Assembly: GCF_018977255.1 (NCBI RefSeq)
Contig: NW_024704742.1
Span: 86,368,001-86,432,000 of the forward strand
Length of the DNA stretch: 64,000 nucleotides
Direction: 5' to 3'
Origin: Callorhinchus milii
Taxonomy: Eukaryota
The notes beneath the pieces are model-generated. The model did no database searches. It worked only from the letters and a program-made list of their open reading frames with translations, and was not told the DNA's origin. Below are positions 26,535 through 39,176 of this stretch, one piece after another; the stretch's first letter is position 1; every line of letters starts with the position of its first letter. The position numbers were made by a program, and so were the translations under genes.

Positions 26535-29500
26535 ATCTTTTACCTACTACTTATAAAGTCTGTGTTATGTACATATATATATATGCACAAATTGGCTGTC
26601 GCATTTGCCCACAAAATACACATTGCTATATCACTTTACAGTATATCTTGTGAAGTGCTTGAGACGTTGATGACATGATAAGGTGCTGTATCAATTGCAA
26701 GGATTTTATCTATATATTATATATATTAATAGTATTTGTTTGGCTTCGGAATAGCATTCAGAATTAAAAGCTTATTCTTTAATTGGAAAAGGAGCTGGTG
26801 TAATTGGTGAAATATTTCTGTCCTTATTTCATGGAGACTGAAGAGTGATTTCCCAGTGTATTATTGTTGGTTTGGGTTAGTCTGAGCTTGATTATAATCA
26901 GTGCATGCTGCAGAATAAGACCAAAAGGAGCAAAGCCGGGGGCAGCTGAGATTATAGTAACAGAGAAAGGGACTTCGGAGAGGGCATTCGATAAAGATAA
27001 ACCAGACAACCGTAAATTGGTGGCAAATGTTTACTCCTGAGTCAAGACAAAGCTTTAACTTTCCCAAATCACTAGAGAAAAATAATGCAAATACAGGCCC
27101 ATTGGCAATTTACTGTTAGACAGACACCGAAACTATCAAAAACCTCAGCTAAACAGCACAGCTGAGATCAGTGTGGCCATCTGGGATATCTGACTGACAA
27201 TCAGTCTAATGTGCATACGTACTGTATTTAGACATCTAATTAAAGTCAATTGTATGAAGGAGCATGTTAATGATGAAATACCTCTTGCATTTGGTAAAAT
27301 GCCTGTCATGTTAAAACACTCAAATGTAATATATATGTCAAGTGCACTTACTGACCTTATCTGTAGGCAAATGCAGCAGCCAATTTACACACAAAGTCCC
27401 ACAAACAGTGAATGCCCAAATCTATCTGAAGGATTGTTTGCCAGGACACAGAGAGAAACTCCTTTAAATCAGATTGGAAGTGGAGATCTTTCAAGACTGA
27501 GGTTGATAGATTTCTAAAGGATAAAGGGATTAAGGGATATGGGGATGGATAGGGCGAGTAAATGGAATTAGGTTAGAAGATGATCTTATTAAATGGCGGG
27601 GCAGGCTTGAAGGGCTGAAAGGCCACTCCTGCTCCTACATCTTATGGTCTTATCTTTAACTTGCATCTGAACAGGCAGACCAGGACCTCAGTTTGATTCC
27701 ATCCAACAATAAATACAATGCTCCCCCAACGCTGCACTAGAGTGCCAGTTTAAAATAGGAGCTCAAAGTCCCAAACCCCAAACCTTCTGACCCAAAGGCA
27801 ACAGTGCTACCAACTGTGCTAGGTTGATATTTTATATTGTGGGTGTCACTTAACCCCTGTCATCATGGAAAGATTGTGGTCTCATTCCAAGAATTCAGGG
27901 AGAACAGCACATAAATATAAATGGAATATATATCCAAATTGAATTTGTGTTATTTATAAGTAGGCTTCATATAGTTTCAAACATATATACTGTATTTGTA
28001 TGACATGGGTGTGGTTTATTATGTATGTGCAACTTACATTTGCTGACCTTGTATCTGAAGGATTGTTCGCCAGGACACAGGGAGAAACTCCCTTAAATCA
28101 GATTGGAAAAGTATTGTATATAGCATTGTATAACAACTAAATATCTTTAAGTACTTTAAAGAATAAGATTAATTATAAATTAAATGAATGTTATCATGGA
28201 GGCAAACACAGCAAATAATTTGCACCCAGAGATGTAGCACAATCAATGGAATGAGTAAATTACTGTGCAAATTACTGATTCAACATAGGTTGTTGCCTGA
28301 GCTCAGCAATTTCAGATCAATTCCTGAATAGTCTCATTTGTCCAAATTGGATCATTTCATATTTATGTGTAGCCCTGTTTNAAAAAAATAGCAATGGACA
28401 ATCACAGATGGAAATAATTTCCTCTGAGCAAGCACATCACCATGTTTGCATAACTATTTGTTAGTTTCCCCTGTTGCAAACAAATGATTGTCACCATGGT
28501 TACAGCCACAGCTGTTTTTTCTAATAAATAAAAACAGCCTGTTTGTCACTTTTGGTCACTGAATGCTGGGATATGCAAAATTCTGGTCTGTATGCAAACA
28601 GGAATATATTTGTTTATTTAATAGGTGGTTCCGTTGTTTTCAACAGAGACACAATAACTTAGACATAAAGGGTACAAACATAGGGATTTCGTCTGTCAAC
28701 TTGGACTGACTAACTTTGGGACACAAGACAATTCATTTCTGCCCCTGACCTATTTCTCTCAGATAAATGAATTGCCTATTTGCAACTTTTACTGTGAAAA
28801 AATATTCAACTATCAGTTGAACAAAAGAACTTATCCATATAAACTATCACATCTATAATTTAACTTCACAATATAGATTTACATTTATATTTCATCTTTC
28901 GTATCTGGAGGACATCCCAAGGTGTTTAACAATGCTGGCCTGATACATACTATGGTACAATATAAGTCTGTTAGTATTTTTCCCCACTGTTCTACCCTCT
29001 TTTCCTGGTGGCGATGACTCGTGTTGGGGTTCAGTTTCAAGAACATTTCCCAAATGGCCACTCTTCATGTTTAAGTCTAAACAATGAGTTTCAACCTTCT
29101 ATTTGACCATGGAGATTAGAGCTGGTGGGAATATCAGCTGAAAATAAACCAAGGGGAATTTACCTTTGTTGTTCTAGTTCATGTAATGGATGACAGTTGT
29201 CCACCTACCAGAGAGGTCAAAAATTCATGGCAAAGCTACAGACCTGGCATCAGAAATTTCACCCAAGTTCTAGACATTGACAATTTTCTTAACATGTCAG
29301 CGTGAGCAAAGTTTGCTATATTCTGAATTTCAGTCATTTTCAAACAAGTTTTGTTTTAAGGACTACAGAGAACAGGCTCCCAAATTAACACTGGATTAAA
29401 AAAATGTGCATATTTTTAACATATTAAGATAAGTCTGAGTCCAGAACCATGTGAAACACTTGATCTTTGATTCATATTAACATGTACAGCAACAGAAATG

Positions 29501-30081
29501 TGTGCTGTGCATGCACAGATGCATATTGTGTTATACAGCAGATATTTGCATTCAAATGACAATGTTTCTAATCTCAACCTGCAGCGCTCACAGCACCAGC
29601 AGGTGTCTCTGTATAGCAACCAGGAACAGAGAGCATGGCTGCTTCTCTTCTCCTGACCAAGAGTACTAAGGCCAATTGTAGCACCACATGTCTGGATGAG
29701 ATCAACTCTAATTCAGTGGAGTCTAGGAACCAAAGCTGGGTTTGTCTGCTCTGTGTCTAGCAGCTACTCATTGAGTCATTGCAGTGCACAGTGTTTGTTT
29801 TTAATTAAGTGTATTACCACAAATGATCCTTGTTGCTATTGCAGTATCCTTTACTGTTTTTACATAAACAGATTTGCCCTGATGGCAAGCCTGCCCATTA
29901 ATGTATAAGCAGTACTGTGTGTTGCTATAGCAACATTGATCACATTTTGTTGTGATAAACTTATTTTTTTTTAACAAGCAAAAAACTAAACACTGCACAT
30001 TGAGATGGAAGACTTTGTGAGTAGCCACTAGACACAGGCCAGAATAGTCCCAGTTTTGATTCCTTGATGAAAGAGTCATGA

Positions 30082-30404
30082 AATAATAATAATAATAATC
30101 CTTGCATTTGATATAGCGCTTTTCACGTCGGGAGGACATCCCAAAGCGCTTCACAGAACACACTGTAAAGTGAATTGACTGTATATTTGTGGGCGAACGC
30201 GGCAGCCAATTGCGCACAGCAATGTCCCACAAACAGTCGTAGATTGAAAATGACCAATTTATTATTGTTTTTGGTTTTGGAGGGATTATTATTAGGCGTG
30301 TGGAGTAAGAAAACTTGCCCAAGGTTTCGCCCTGATGCCTGGAATTGAACTCAGGTCTCTCGCTTGCAAAGCGAATGCTCTAACCACTGAGCTACAGGAC
30401 TCCA
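30082..30404 (-). mobile_element. Full-length young SINE (same family)
   Basis: Near-identical to the 11707 and 41711 copies. Confidence 0.92.
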
Positions 30405-30577
30405 CAAAAAAATTATATTTATCATGAAAGCAAAGCACCAGCAAAACTAACATGGACTCTTCTCACCTTCCCATTTCCATTTCCTCCAGAAGGTACCCAC
30501 CTTTGCACTTAAGTGAACTTATGCTGCCGCCTCACATCAACATGTTGGTGCATTTGCCAAAGTGCTCCTATGTGCTC

Positions 30578-30960
30578 AGTGTGGCTCAGTGGTAGCACTC
30601 TTGCCTCTGAGTCACATGAGTGTGGGTTCCAGACCCAAGTTGGGACTTGAACTTACATACTCAGACACCCCCAATGCAGTGCTGGGGGTGCATTGAATTG
30701 TCGGGAGGTGCTATCCTTCGGATGAGACATTAAACTGAGGTCCCACCTACCTGTTCATGTTAAACATCCCATTGGCACAAAATTGTTCATTCATTTCATT
30801 CATTTCATGGTTGTTTGTGGAATATTGCTGTGTGGAATTCGACTGCCATGTTCACCTACAAATAAATACAATCACTCCACTTTTCAGTAAACCCTTTGAA
30901 ACACTTTGGGCAGCCCTCCCGATATGAAAGGCTCTGACCCAAGTGCAAGGATTAATGTAT
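30578..30960 (+). mobile_element. Ancient DeuSINE (SacSINE1/AmnSINE1-like) copy
   Basis: tRNA-like head tgtggctcagtggtagcactcttgcctctgagtca followed by Deu-like core ggaggtgctatccttcggatgagacattaaactgagg. Related relics at about 4610-4935, 27650-27820, 55400-55530 and 58020-58390. Confidence 0.7.
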
Positions 30961-32162
30961 AACATTAAGCTAGACAATGATGTTATATGCTTCGCACATG
31001 AGTAAGGCCTTTCAGACAGTTTCTGAGCCCCATTATTTTCCTGGTCTAACCGCTCAAGCATCAGGTTGGGTCGTAAAAAAAAAATTATATTTGGGACATT
31101 CTGAAAATAACAGTGAACTTGAGCATTCACAGAGTGTAGTTTGGAGTGTAGTTCCCCATTGAGAAATAAGAACCATCAAAAGTGAGGTGATTTGAATGCA
31201 AAATATATATTAAAAGAGAAGACAACTTGCAATTCAAAACCTTAATGAGTAAGGCAGTCATAACTGGAAGGAACTATGCTATGAAGTTACCATTAATATT
31301 AAGATGAAGACACATGGAAATATTTGCTGGAATTGAAGTTAATATTGTGGAGCAATATTACATTCATTTGGAGCTGTGTGACATTAATCACTGCAGTGCA
31401 CAGGAATAATTTTTGGGAATGGTAAGAGTAATAATATTAATAATCCTTGCTTTTGATATAGTGCCTTATCACGTCATTGAGATGTCTCAAAACACTTGAC
31501 AGAATATACTGTAAAGTAAACTGAATGTATATTTTGTGGGAGAAAGTATCTGTAAACAGTGAATCCTACAGCAATTATGTCAAGGATGTGGAATTTAACT
31601 AAATTTCTTGCTTGTGAATTTCAAAAGTAAACCAAGCCCTGGGGTCTAGGAAGTATCAATCAATAGTAATAATTAACTTCTCCATTAAGAAGACCAAATG
31701 AAAACCAACTGGTTGTTAGTGAAGCTGAGTGTTAGAATTTCAATTAGCTGGAATCGTATTGAAATAAAAATGGAATACAGCACTTTTCATTCATTTGATT
31801 AAATTGATGTTCTTGATTCTAAGCAATTGCCTTGTTGCAGTCACGGATGGGCCAGTTTTAAGACTCACATATGGTCATTCAGAACTCCAGCTCTCAGTCT
31901 ACTGATGGTGTGGTAAGCAGTTGTACTCTTTTGAAAAAGCCTCAGTAATTACACTACAACTCCATCCATCTGCTTAAGAACTTTGTTCTGGAACTTTAAG
32001 GATTTTGTGGCTATTCTATTCAATGCCACATCATTCATGCAATAAATACACACCCATATTTACTGGTTATATTCTCCCTTCATGTTGCTATCAACAACTT
32101 TCCCAACAGCAATGTTACAGTTCAACTCTGTTGGCACAGGGGCTCAATACTGTTGATGTAGT

Positions 32163-33545
32163 TTCAATCGGGTTTCCGTGCTGCCCATAGCACAGAAACT
32201 GCCCTGGTCAAGGTCACCAATGACATCCTGACCAGCTGTGACCAGGGCTCCCTCTGCCTCCTCGTCCTCCTCGACCTATCGGCAGCATTCGATACGGTCG
32301 ACCACGCTATCCTCCTCCACCGCTTGTCCTCCCACCTAAACCTTCAAGGCCCTGTCCTTGAGTGGTTTAGGTCGTACCTCTCCCACCGTCTTCACTTTGT
32401 CTCCTCAAATGGTTTTTCCTCCAGCCCCCGCACTGTCTCGTGCGGTGTCCCTCAGGGCTCTGTCCTCGGTCCCCTCCTCTTCACCCTCTACATGCTCCCC
32501 CTTGGTGACATCATCCGCAGACATGGGGTTAACTTCCACATGTATGCGGATGACACCCAACTCTACCTTTCCTCCTCTACCCTCAACTCCACGACCACCG
32601 ATGTCCTGACAGCCTGCCTGTCCGACATCGAGTCCTGGACGAGAGATAACTTTCTCCAGCTCAACGTACGCAAAACCGAGGCCCTCCTGATTGGCTCACG
32701 TCAGCGCCTCCGCACCTCAGGCGCCGACACCATCAGCATCCAAGGCTGCACTCTCCACCTCTCAAAGCCACTCAGGAACCTCGGGGTTCTGTTCAACCCT
32801 GAGCTGTCCTTTCTCCCCCATATCCGCGCCACAACTGGCACCGCCTTCCATCACCTCCGGAATGTCGCCAGACTACGGCACTACCTCACCCCTCACGCCG
32901 CTGAAACTCTGGTCCACGCCTTTATCACCTCAAGGCTGGACTATGGGAACTCTCTCCTCGCCGGCCTTCCCGGCACCTCCCTCCACAAGCTGCAGGTCAT
33001 TCAGAACTCTGCAGCTCGTGTACTGTCCCGCACCAGGCTTCGGGACCACATCACTCCCACCCTCGCTCGCCTCCACTGGCTCCCCACCCCCCAGAGGATC
33101 CAATTCAAGATCCTCATCCTCATCTACAAGGCCATTCACGGCCTTGCTCCCTCCTACCTCTCCAACCTACTATCCCCCTACCTACCCGCCCGTACCCTCC
33201 GTTCCTCTGGCTCCGGTCTGCTCCACATCCCCCGCCCCAACCGCCCTACTATCGGTGGCCGGGCCTTCAGCCTCTCAGCCCCGAAGCTCTGGAACTCCAT
33301 CCCCCAGTGCCTTCGCCACCTCCTCCCTTTCCTCCTTCAAGGCCTGTCTCAAGACCTTTCTCTTTGACCGAGCCTTCAGCTCCCCTCTCGACTCTCTACC
33401 CCCTCCTCGCTCCCTTCCTTCCTTCCCCTCACCCTGACCATTTCCCCTCTGCTCAGGTCCTGACCCAACTGTACAGCGCCTTGGGACGTTCTCCCGACGT
33501 GAAAGGCGCTCAATAAATGGAATCTTGTTGTTGTTGTTGTTGTTG
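32163..33545 (+). mobile_element. 5'-truncated young L2 LINE (RT C-terminal half)
   Basis: ORF 32324-33367 carries [10 protein letters not shown] and YADDTQLY; (TTG)n tail; near-identical to the 20493 copy. Confidence 0.93.
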
Positions 33546-34400
33546 TAGTGGCTCAGCACTGTTGGTATAGGGCTCAGCACTGTTGCTATAGGAGCTCAGC
33601 ACTGTTGCTATAGGGGCTCAGCACTGTTGCTATAGGGGCTCAGCACTGTTGATGTAGGGGCTCAGTTCTATTGATGTAGGGGCTCAATACTGTTGATGTA
33701 GGGGCTCAATACTGTTGATGTTGGGGCTCAGTGCTGTTAGTTTAGGGGCTCAGCACTGTTGATGTAGGGGCTCAATACTGCAATAATGTTGGTTTAGGGG
33801 CTCAATACTGTTGGTATAGGGGCTCAATACTGTTGGTGTAGGGGCTCAGTACTGTTGGTTTAGCGGTTCAATACTGTTGGAGTAGGGGCTCAATACTGTT
33901 GGTGCAGGGGCTCAATACTGTTGGTGTAGGGGCTCAGCACTGTTGGTGTAGGGGCTCAGCACTGTTGGTGTAGGGGCTCAGCACTGTTGGTGTAGGGGCT
34001 CAGCACTATTGGTGTAGGGGCTCAGCACTGTTGGTGTAGGGGCTCAGCACTGTTGGTGTAGGGGCTCAGCATGTTGGTGTAGGGGCTCAGCACTCTTGCT
34101 ATAGGTGCTCAATACTGTTGGTGTAGGGGCTCAATACTGTTGGTGTAGGGGCTCAATACTGTTGGTGTAGGGGTTCAATACTGTTGGTGTAGGGGCTCAA
34201 TACTGTTGGTGTAGGGGCTCAATACTGTTGGTGTAGGGGCTCAGCGCTATTGGTGTAGGGGCTCAATACTGTTGGTATAGGGGCTCAATACTGTTGGTAT
34301 AGGGGCTCAGCGCTGTTGGTTTAGGGGCTCAGCACTGTTGGTTTAGGGGCTCAGCACTGTTGGTTTAGGGGCTCAATACTGTTGGTGTTGGGCTTAGTAC
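33546..34400. repeat. Minisatellite, about 39 x 22 bp (GGGGCTCA[AT/GC]ACTGTTGGTGTA)
   Basis: Direct tandem units with two interspersed variants; one further unit at about 32138-32161. Confidence 0.96.
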
Positions 34401-36022
34401 TATTAATATTTTATTATGATCTTTATTATGGCTCTTTGGGTAGGTTGGTATAACACACTTCCAGTGACTGACAGGAGTAAACATTTACAAACCCTTTTTG
34501 AATCTTGTTGCCACTAGCACATTTTTGATTCCATAAAAAGGGGTGACCCAGGCCTTACACTGAGACACGCTTGACTGTGGTTCAGGAAAGAATCTCTCTC
34601 TCTCCACTTTTATTAGCTTTCCTCTTTAGAGACACCCCTGCTCTATGATCTAGTGTCTCCCCAAACAGGGTTGCTTTGGAGCAGAAACTCAAAATACTGC
34701 CTTCTAAACAAAGAGGATCTTAAAGTAACAAAAACAAGTTTCAATGATTTTACTCAGGAGCCAAGTTTGGATCAGCCATCGGTTGTGCTCAGCATTTAAC
34801 AGGGGGCAAAAAAAACTACATTTCCTCATTTAATAAAAATAATAGCCAAGCCAAACCTCAATGCTGAATTTTCCATTCCTAAGCAAGATATACAGTACAG
34901 TAATGTCAAAACAAGGACTAAATTCACTGGACGCTGAATATAAGCCCCAGTGAGTCAATGATTCCATTACAAAACAACATGAACATCATGTGGCTCATTG
35001 TCTGCCTCCAACCACTATAAACCAATGCCTGATGATGTTGGCTTTGGAGTGCTTCACTGTTCCAGATCACTTCCCTGAATCAACAACACTGAAGGTGGTT
35101 CTCCCAATGAGATGCCTCTTGTGGTTGTGAGGGATGCATTTGCTGTGCACTGTAATGGTGCAGAGTGTGAGATGACAAGCTCTGGTTCCGAAAGATTTCT
35201 GATGGATGCCAAGTGCACTGAGATGTATGCTTTGATCTTTCTACCAGAGAATGTGTTCAATTCCATCTACCTGTTACATACAGAATAAAAGCAAGCCAAT
35301 AACCCAGCATTCTACCTCTCTCACTAAGAGGAATGGATGGGTAACCTAGGGCTCTTCCCCCTATAAAAGCATGTCTCAGAGGCATTTAATAAGTAATTTC
35401 AAGCATCAGTGATCTTCAATCAGAACCTCTCTGTGAGAGGCTGAGTGAAGTTACCATGTGGATACGGTGAGCATTTCATCAATGTTCTGTACCGTTATAG
35501 CATCTTAAATCCTTTCAAACTGATAATGTTCATTGAAATAATTCACTTAATCAGACAAAAGGGTGACCCCAATACAATGTGGTCGTTCGGGTGAAATATC
35601 TCACAGGCTTTGGAACAGAACCTGAAAAATGTCCAACTTCCAAGTCGTCAGGTCCCTGCTGACATCACTTCCTGCATGTTTGTACCAAAGTCAGTACACC
35701 TGAAAAAGAGTCTGGGTTATGGGGACAGAGCAGGTAAATGGGACTGAAAGGATTGCTCTTTAGGGAACAGGCACAGATACGATGGCCTTCTTTTGTGCCA
35801 TAAACATCTATGGTCTATGCGTGATGTGCAGGAAGCGACATCAGCATCATTTACTACGCATTATGTAGATGCTTTTCCGGTGGAAATATCCCTATCAAAA
35901 AAATCTAAAAAATTTAAAAAGATAATAATTTAGCCACTCAATCCACGACTGTTTGTGGGACACTGCTGTACACAATTGGTTGCTGCATTTCGCCCACCAA
36001 CTATACATTCAATTCACTTTAC

Positions 36023-37566
36023 CGCTCAGCTGCCACTGCCCTCCCAACTTCCACCCCCTCCCTACCCCCACCCCACACAATTACCCATCCGACAATTACT
36101 CATCCAATCTTCCACATCTTTGAACCTGTCACCCCCTCCTCTGTCTTCAACACTCTAACCTCCATAAAGCCTACCACCTGTTCCTTGGACCCCATCCCAC
36201 CCCACTCCTTAAATCCCAGCTCCACCTCCTTGCCTCACTACTCGCCGACATCATCTGTCATCTGGCTCTGTTCCTTCCCTCCTCAAAACAGCCACTATCA
36301 CCCCCACCTTGAAGAAACCTCTTGACCCATCATAGCTATCCAGCTACCGGCCCATCTCAAATCTCCCCTTCCTATCTAAGGTCCTTGAGAGAGTTGTTGC
36401 CTCCCAGCTCCTCCACCGCCTCTCCTCCCACCTCAACGTTCAAGGTCCTGTCCTTGACTGGTTCAGGTTCTACCTGTCACACCACCTCCACTTCGTCGCG
36501 GCAAACGGCTTCTCCTCCAGCCCCCGCACCGTCTCGTGCGGTGTTCTTCAGGGCTCTGTCCTCGGTCCCCTCCTCTTCACCCTCCCCCTTGGTGATATCA
36601 TCTGCAAACATGGGGTAAATTTCCACATGTATGCGGATGACACCCAACTCTACTCTCTTCCAGGACTACTGGCGTCCTGACCGACTGCCTGTCTGACATC
36701 AAGTCCTGGACGAGGGTCATCTTTCTCCACGTCAAGACCGAGTCCCTCCTGATTGGCTCGCACCAGCGCTTCCGCACCTCAGGCGCTGGCAGCATCAGCC
36801 TCCACGGCTGCACACTCAACCTCACTAAGCCATATCTTGTTTGATCCTGAACTGTCCTTTCTCCCCCACATCCACGCCATGACCGGCACTGCCTACCACC
36901 ACCTCCGCAACATTGCCAGACTCTGCCACTGCCTCACCCCTCAGGCTGCCGAAACCCTCACCCACGCATTCATCACCTCAAGGCCTGATTACAGGAACTC
37001 CCTCCTGATCGGCCTTCCCAACTCTTCCGTTCAGAAGCTGCAGATCATCCCAAACTCTGAAGCTTGTGTACTCTCACGCACCAGGCTCCGTGACTCCACC
37101 ACTCCCACCCTCGCCCGACTCCACTGGCTCCCCATCCCACAGAGAATCGAGTTCAAGATCCTGGTCCTCACCTTTAAGGCTATCCATGGCCTTACCCCCT
37201 CCTACCTCTCTGACTTGCTGACTCCCTACCAATCTGCCTGCTCCCTCCGTTTGAGGGCTCCTGCCTGCTCCATATCTCCCACCCGACCCACCCTACCATC
37301 GGTAGCTGGGCTTTCAGCCTCTCTGCCCCCGCACTCTGGAACTCCATCCCACGGTCCCTTCACCTCGCTTCCTCTCTTGCATCCTTCAAGGCCGGTCTCA
37401 AGACCCTTCTCTTCAACCGTGCCTTTGGTCTCCCTCCCACCTCTCTGCGTTCCCTCACCCCTACACCACTTCTTCCCCATGCTCGGGCCCCAACCCCTGA
37501 CTGTTCAGTGCTTTGGGACGTCCTCCTGACATGAAAGGCTCTCTATAAATGTAATTTTGTTGTTGT
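36023..37566 (+). mobile_element. Degenerate L2 LINE nested within a SINE
   Basis: RT-like text with frameshifts; SINE halves at about 35910-36022 and 37567-37650. Confidence 0.88.
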
Positions 37567-37746
37567 TTACAGTATATTCTGTGAAGCGCTTTGAGGCATC
37601 TCAAAGACATGATAAGAAACTTTTTCAAATGCAATGATTATTATTATTACCATTTTAGTTCTATTTTGAGTACTGGATAGCATTTCAGAAATTACATTTT
37701 AGCAGAAGATTGAAATAAGACTTTGAAGTATTCAATCAAAATGTAC

Positions 37747-37831
37747 CTTTACAGGGTCCTTTCTTAAATAAAATGTCATCTATTGCAATGTCACTGCTTA
37801 TTGCTCGACCACGAACTGCTTCAAAGACAAT
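37747..37831 (-). CDS. MAMDC2: MAMDC2 exon, end of MAM domain 4 (IVFEAVRGRAISSDIAIDDILFKKGPCK)
   Basis: Found by hand; IVFEA.RG....DIAIDD..F..GPC motif; ttttcag acceptor, gtacat donor; 85 nt, phase 1, so one more coding exon is required. Confidence 0.93.
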
Positions 37832-38559
37832 CTGAAAAGAAACCAGTAATTTGTTAGTGAAAAGTTGCCTATAACATTTTTAAGAGTTGTTTACTTTCTC
37901 GTGGTGTATTCCAGATGTGAAAACTTGAGTTACAATATATAGTGGAAGCTCTTTATAATGTGATATTTGAGCTAATAACATAAGAACATAAGAAATGCTA
38001 AACAAAAAAAGATCAAGGTCCATCTAGTTTGTCTTCCACCTTCCTGGCGGGTCGCATGCACATATGTTCCAAAATACCGATATACTGTATCCCATAATGT
38101 TATTTCCCAAAAGAAAACTATCTAATTTATGTTTGAAGGAATCAACACAGGTGTCTCACTTGCAAGGGGAGTGCTCTAACCACTGAGCTACAGTACTTCA
38201 CATGATCTATATTTTCTCGCCACCGTAGAACCTTAAAGACAGCAATCATATCTCTTCTCAATCTTCCCTTTTCCAGCGTGAACATGCCCAATTTAATAAT
38301 ATTTATTGCATTTGATATGGCACCTTTCATATCAGGGGGATGTCACAAACCTCTTTAAAAGAAAGGAGCTTCTCTTGGTGTCCTGGCCAACAATACCCCC
38401 CACCACCCAATAAAAATTGGTTGCTCACTTCATGGCAGTTTGTGGGACATTGCTGTGTACAAATTGACTGGACCCGTTTGTCTACACAATACAGTGACTA
38501 CTATGTAAAATTCTGTGAAGCGTTTTGACTTGTCTCGATGACTTGATAGGCTATATATA

Positions 38560-38920
38560 ATAATAATTGCAGCATTTGATATAGCGCCTCATCACATCTT
38601 CAAGACACCTCAAAGCACTTCACAGAAGGTATTGTAAACTGAATTGCCTGTATATTTTGTGGGCGAAACAAGGCAGCCAATTGTGCACAGCTGTGTCCCA
38701 CAAAAAGTTGTGGATTGAGTGACCAAATCATTATTATTATTTTTTTTGTAGGGATTATTACCCCCGGAAAAACGATGCGCCAATCAACTAACAACTGGGT
38801 TCCTACTTACTGCTAGGTAAACAGAAGCGTGTGGAGTAAGAAAAAGTGCCTAAGATTTCGCCCTGCCCAGAAACCGAATCTAGGTTCTCTCACCTGCGAG
38901 GTCACTACTCTACTGGACTC
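38560..38920 (-). mobile_element. Older, diverged SINE of the same lineage
   Basis: Degenerate head (tggagtcc..), body and tail. Confidence 0.75.
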
Positions 38921-39176
38921 CATTGAGTTATTGTATTAAGAATAGACTTGAAGTTTAGTGTAAGAATAGTGTGTCAGTTTAAGCCTGCAAACACAGCTTG
39001 CTGTACACAGTCCATCCTGAGCCAGCAGTGCTATCAGGGTATGAAGCTTGGGTTTGCAAGGTGAGATTGTTTCTCTCAGAGTGCTTTGCAGCCAAGGCAG
39101 TCTCTTCAAGTGTTGAGAAGGTGGAGGCCCTCCCTCTATTTGCCCAGATTCTGTGGATAGAAGTTTCATTTGCTGA

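Noticed and set aside
28381..28381. Single N base
   Set aside because: Assembly ambiguity or gap, not biology; contiguity across it is not guaranteed.
29801..30322. Recurrent ORFs containing NWLPRSPTNIQSIHF...YYYY (also at 11707, 41710 and 63348)
   Set aside because: Translations of the non-coding SINE and its (TTA)n tail.
33546..34400. Regular array superficially like CRISPR
   Set aside because: Head-to-tail units with no unique spacers, no cas genes, vertebrate context.
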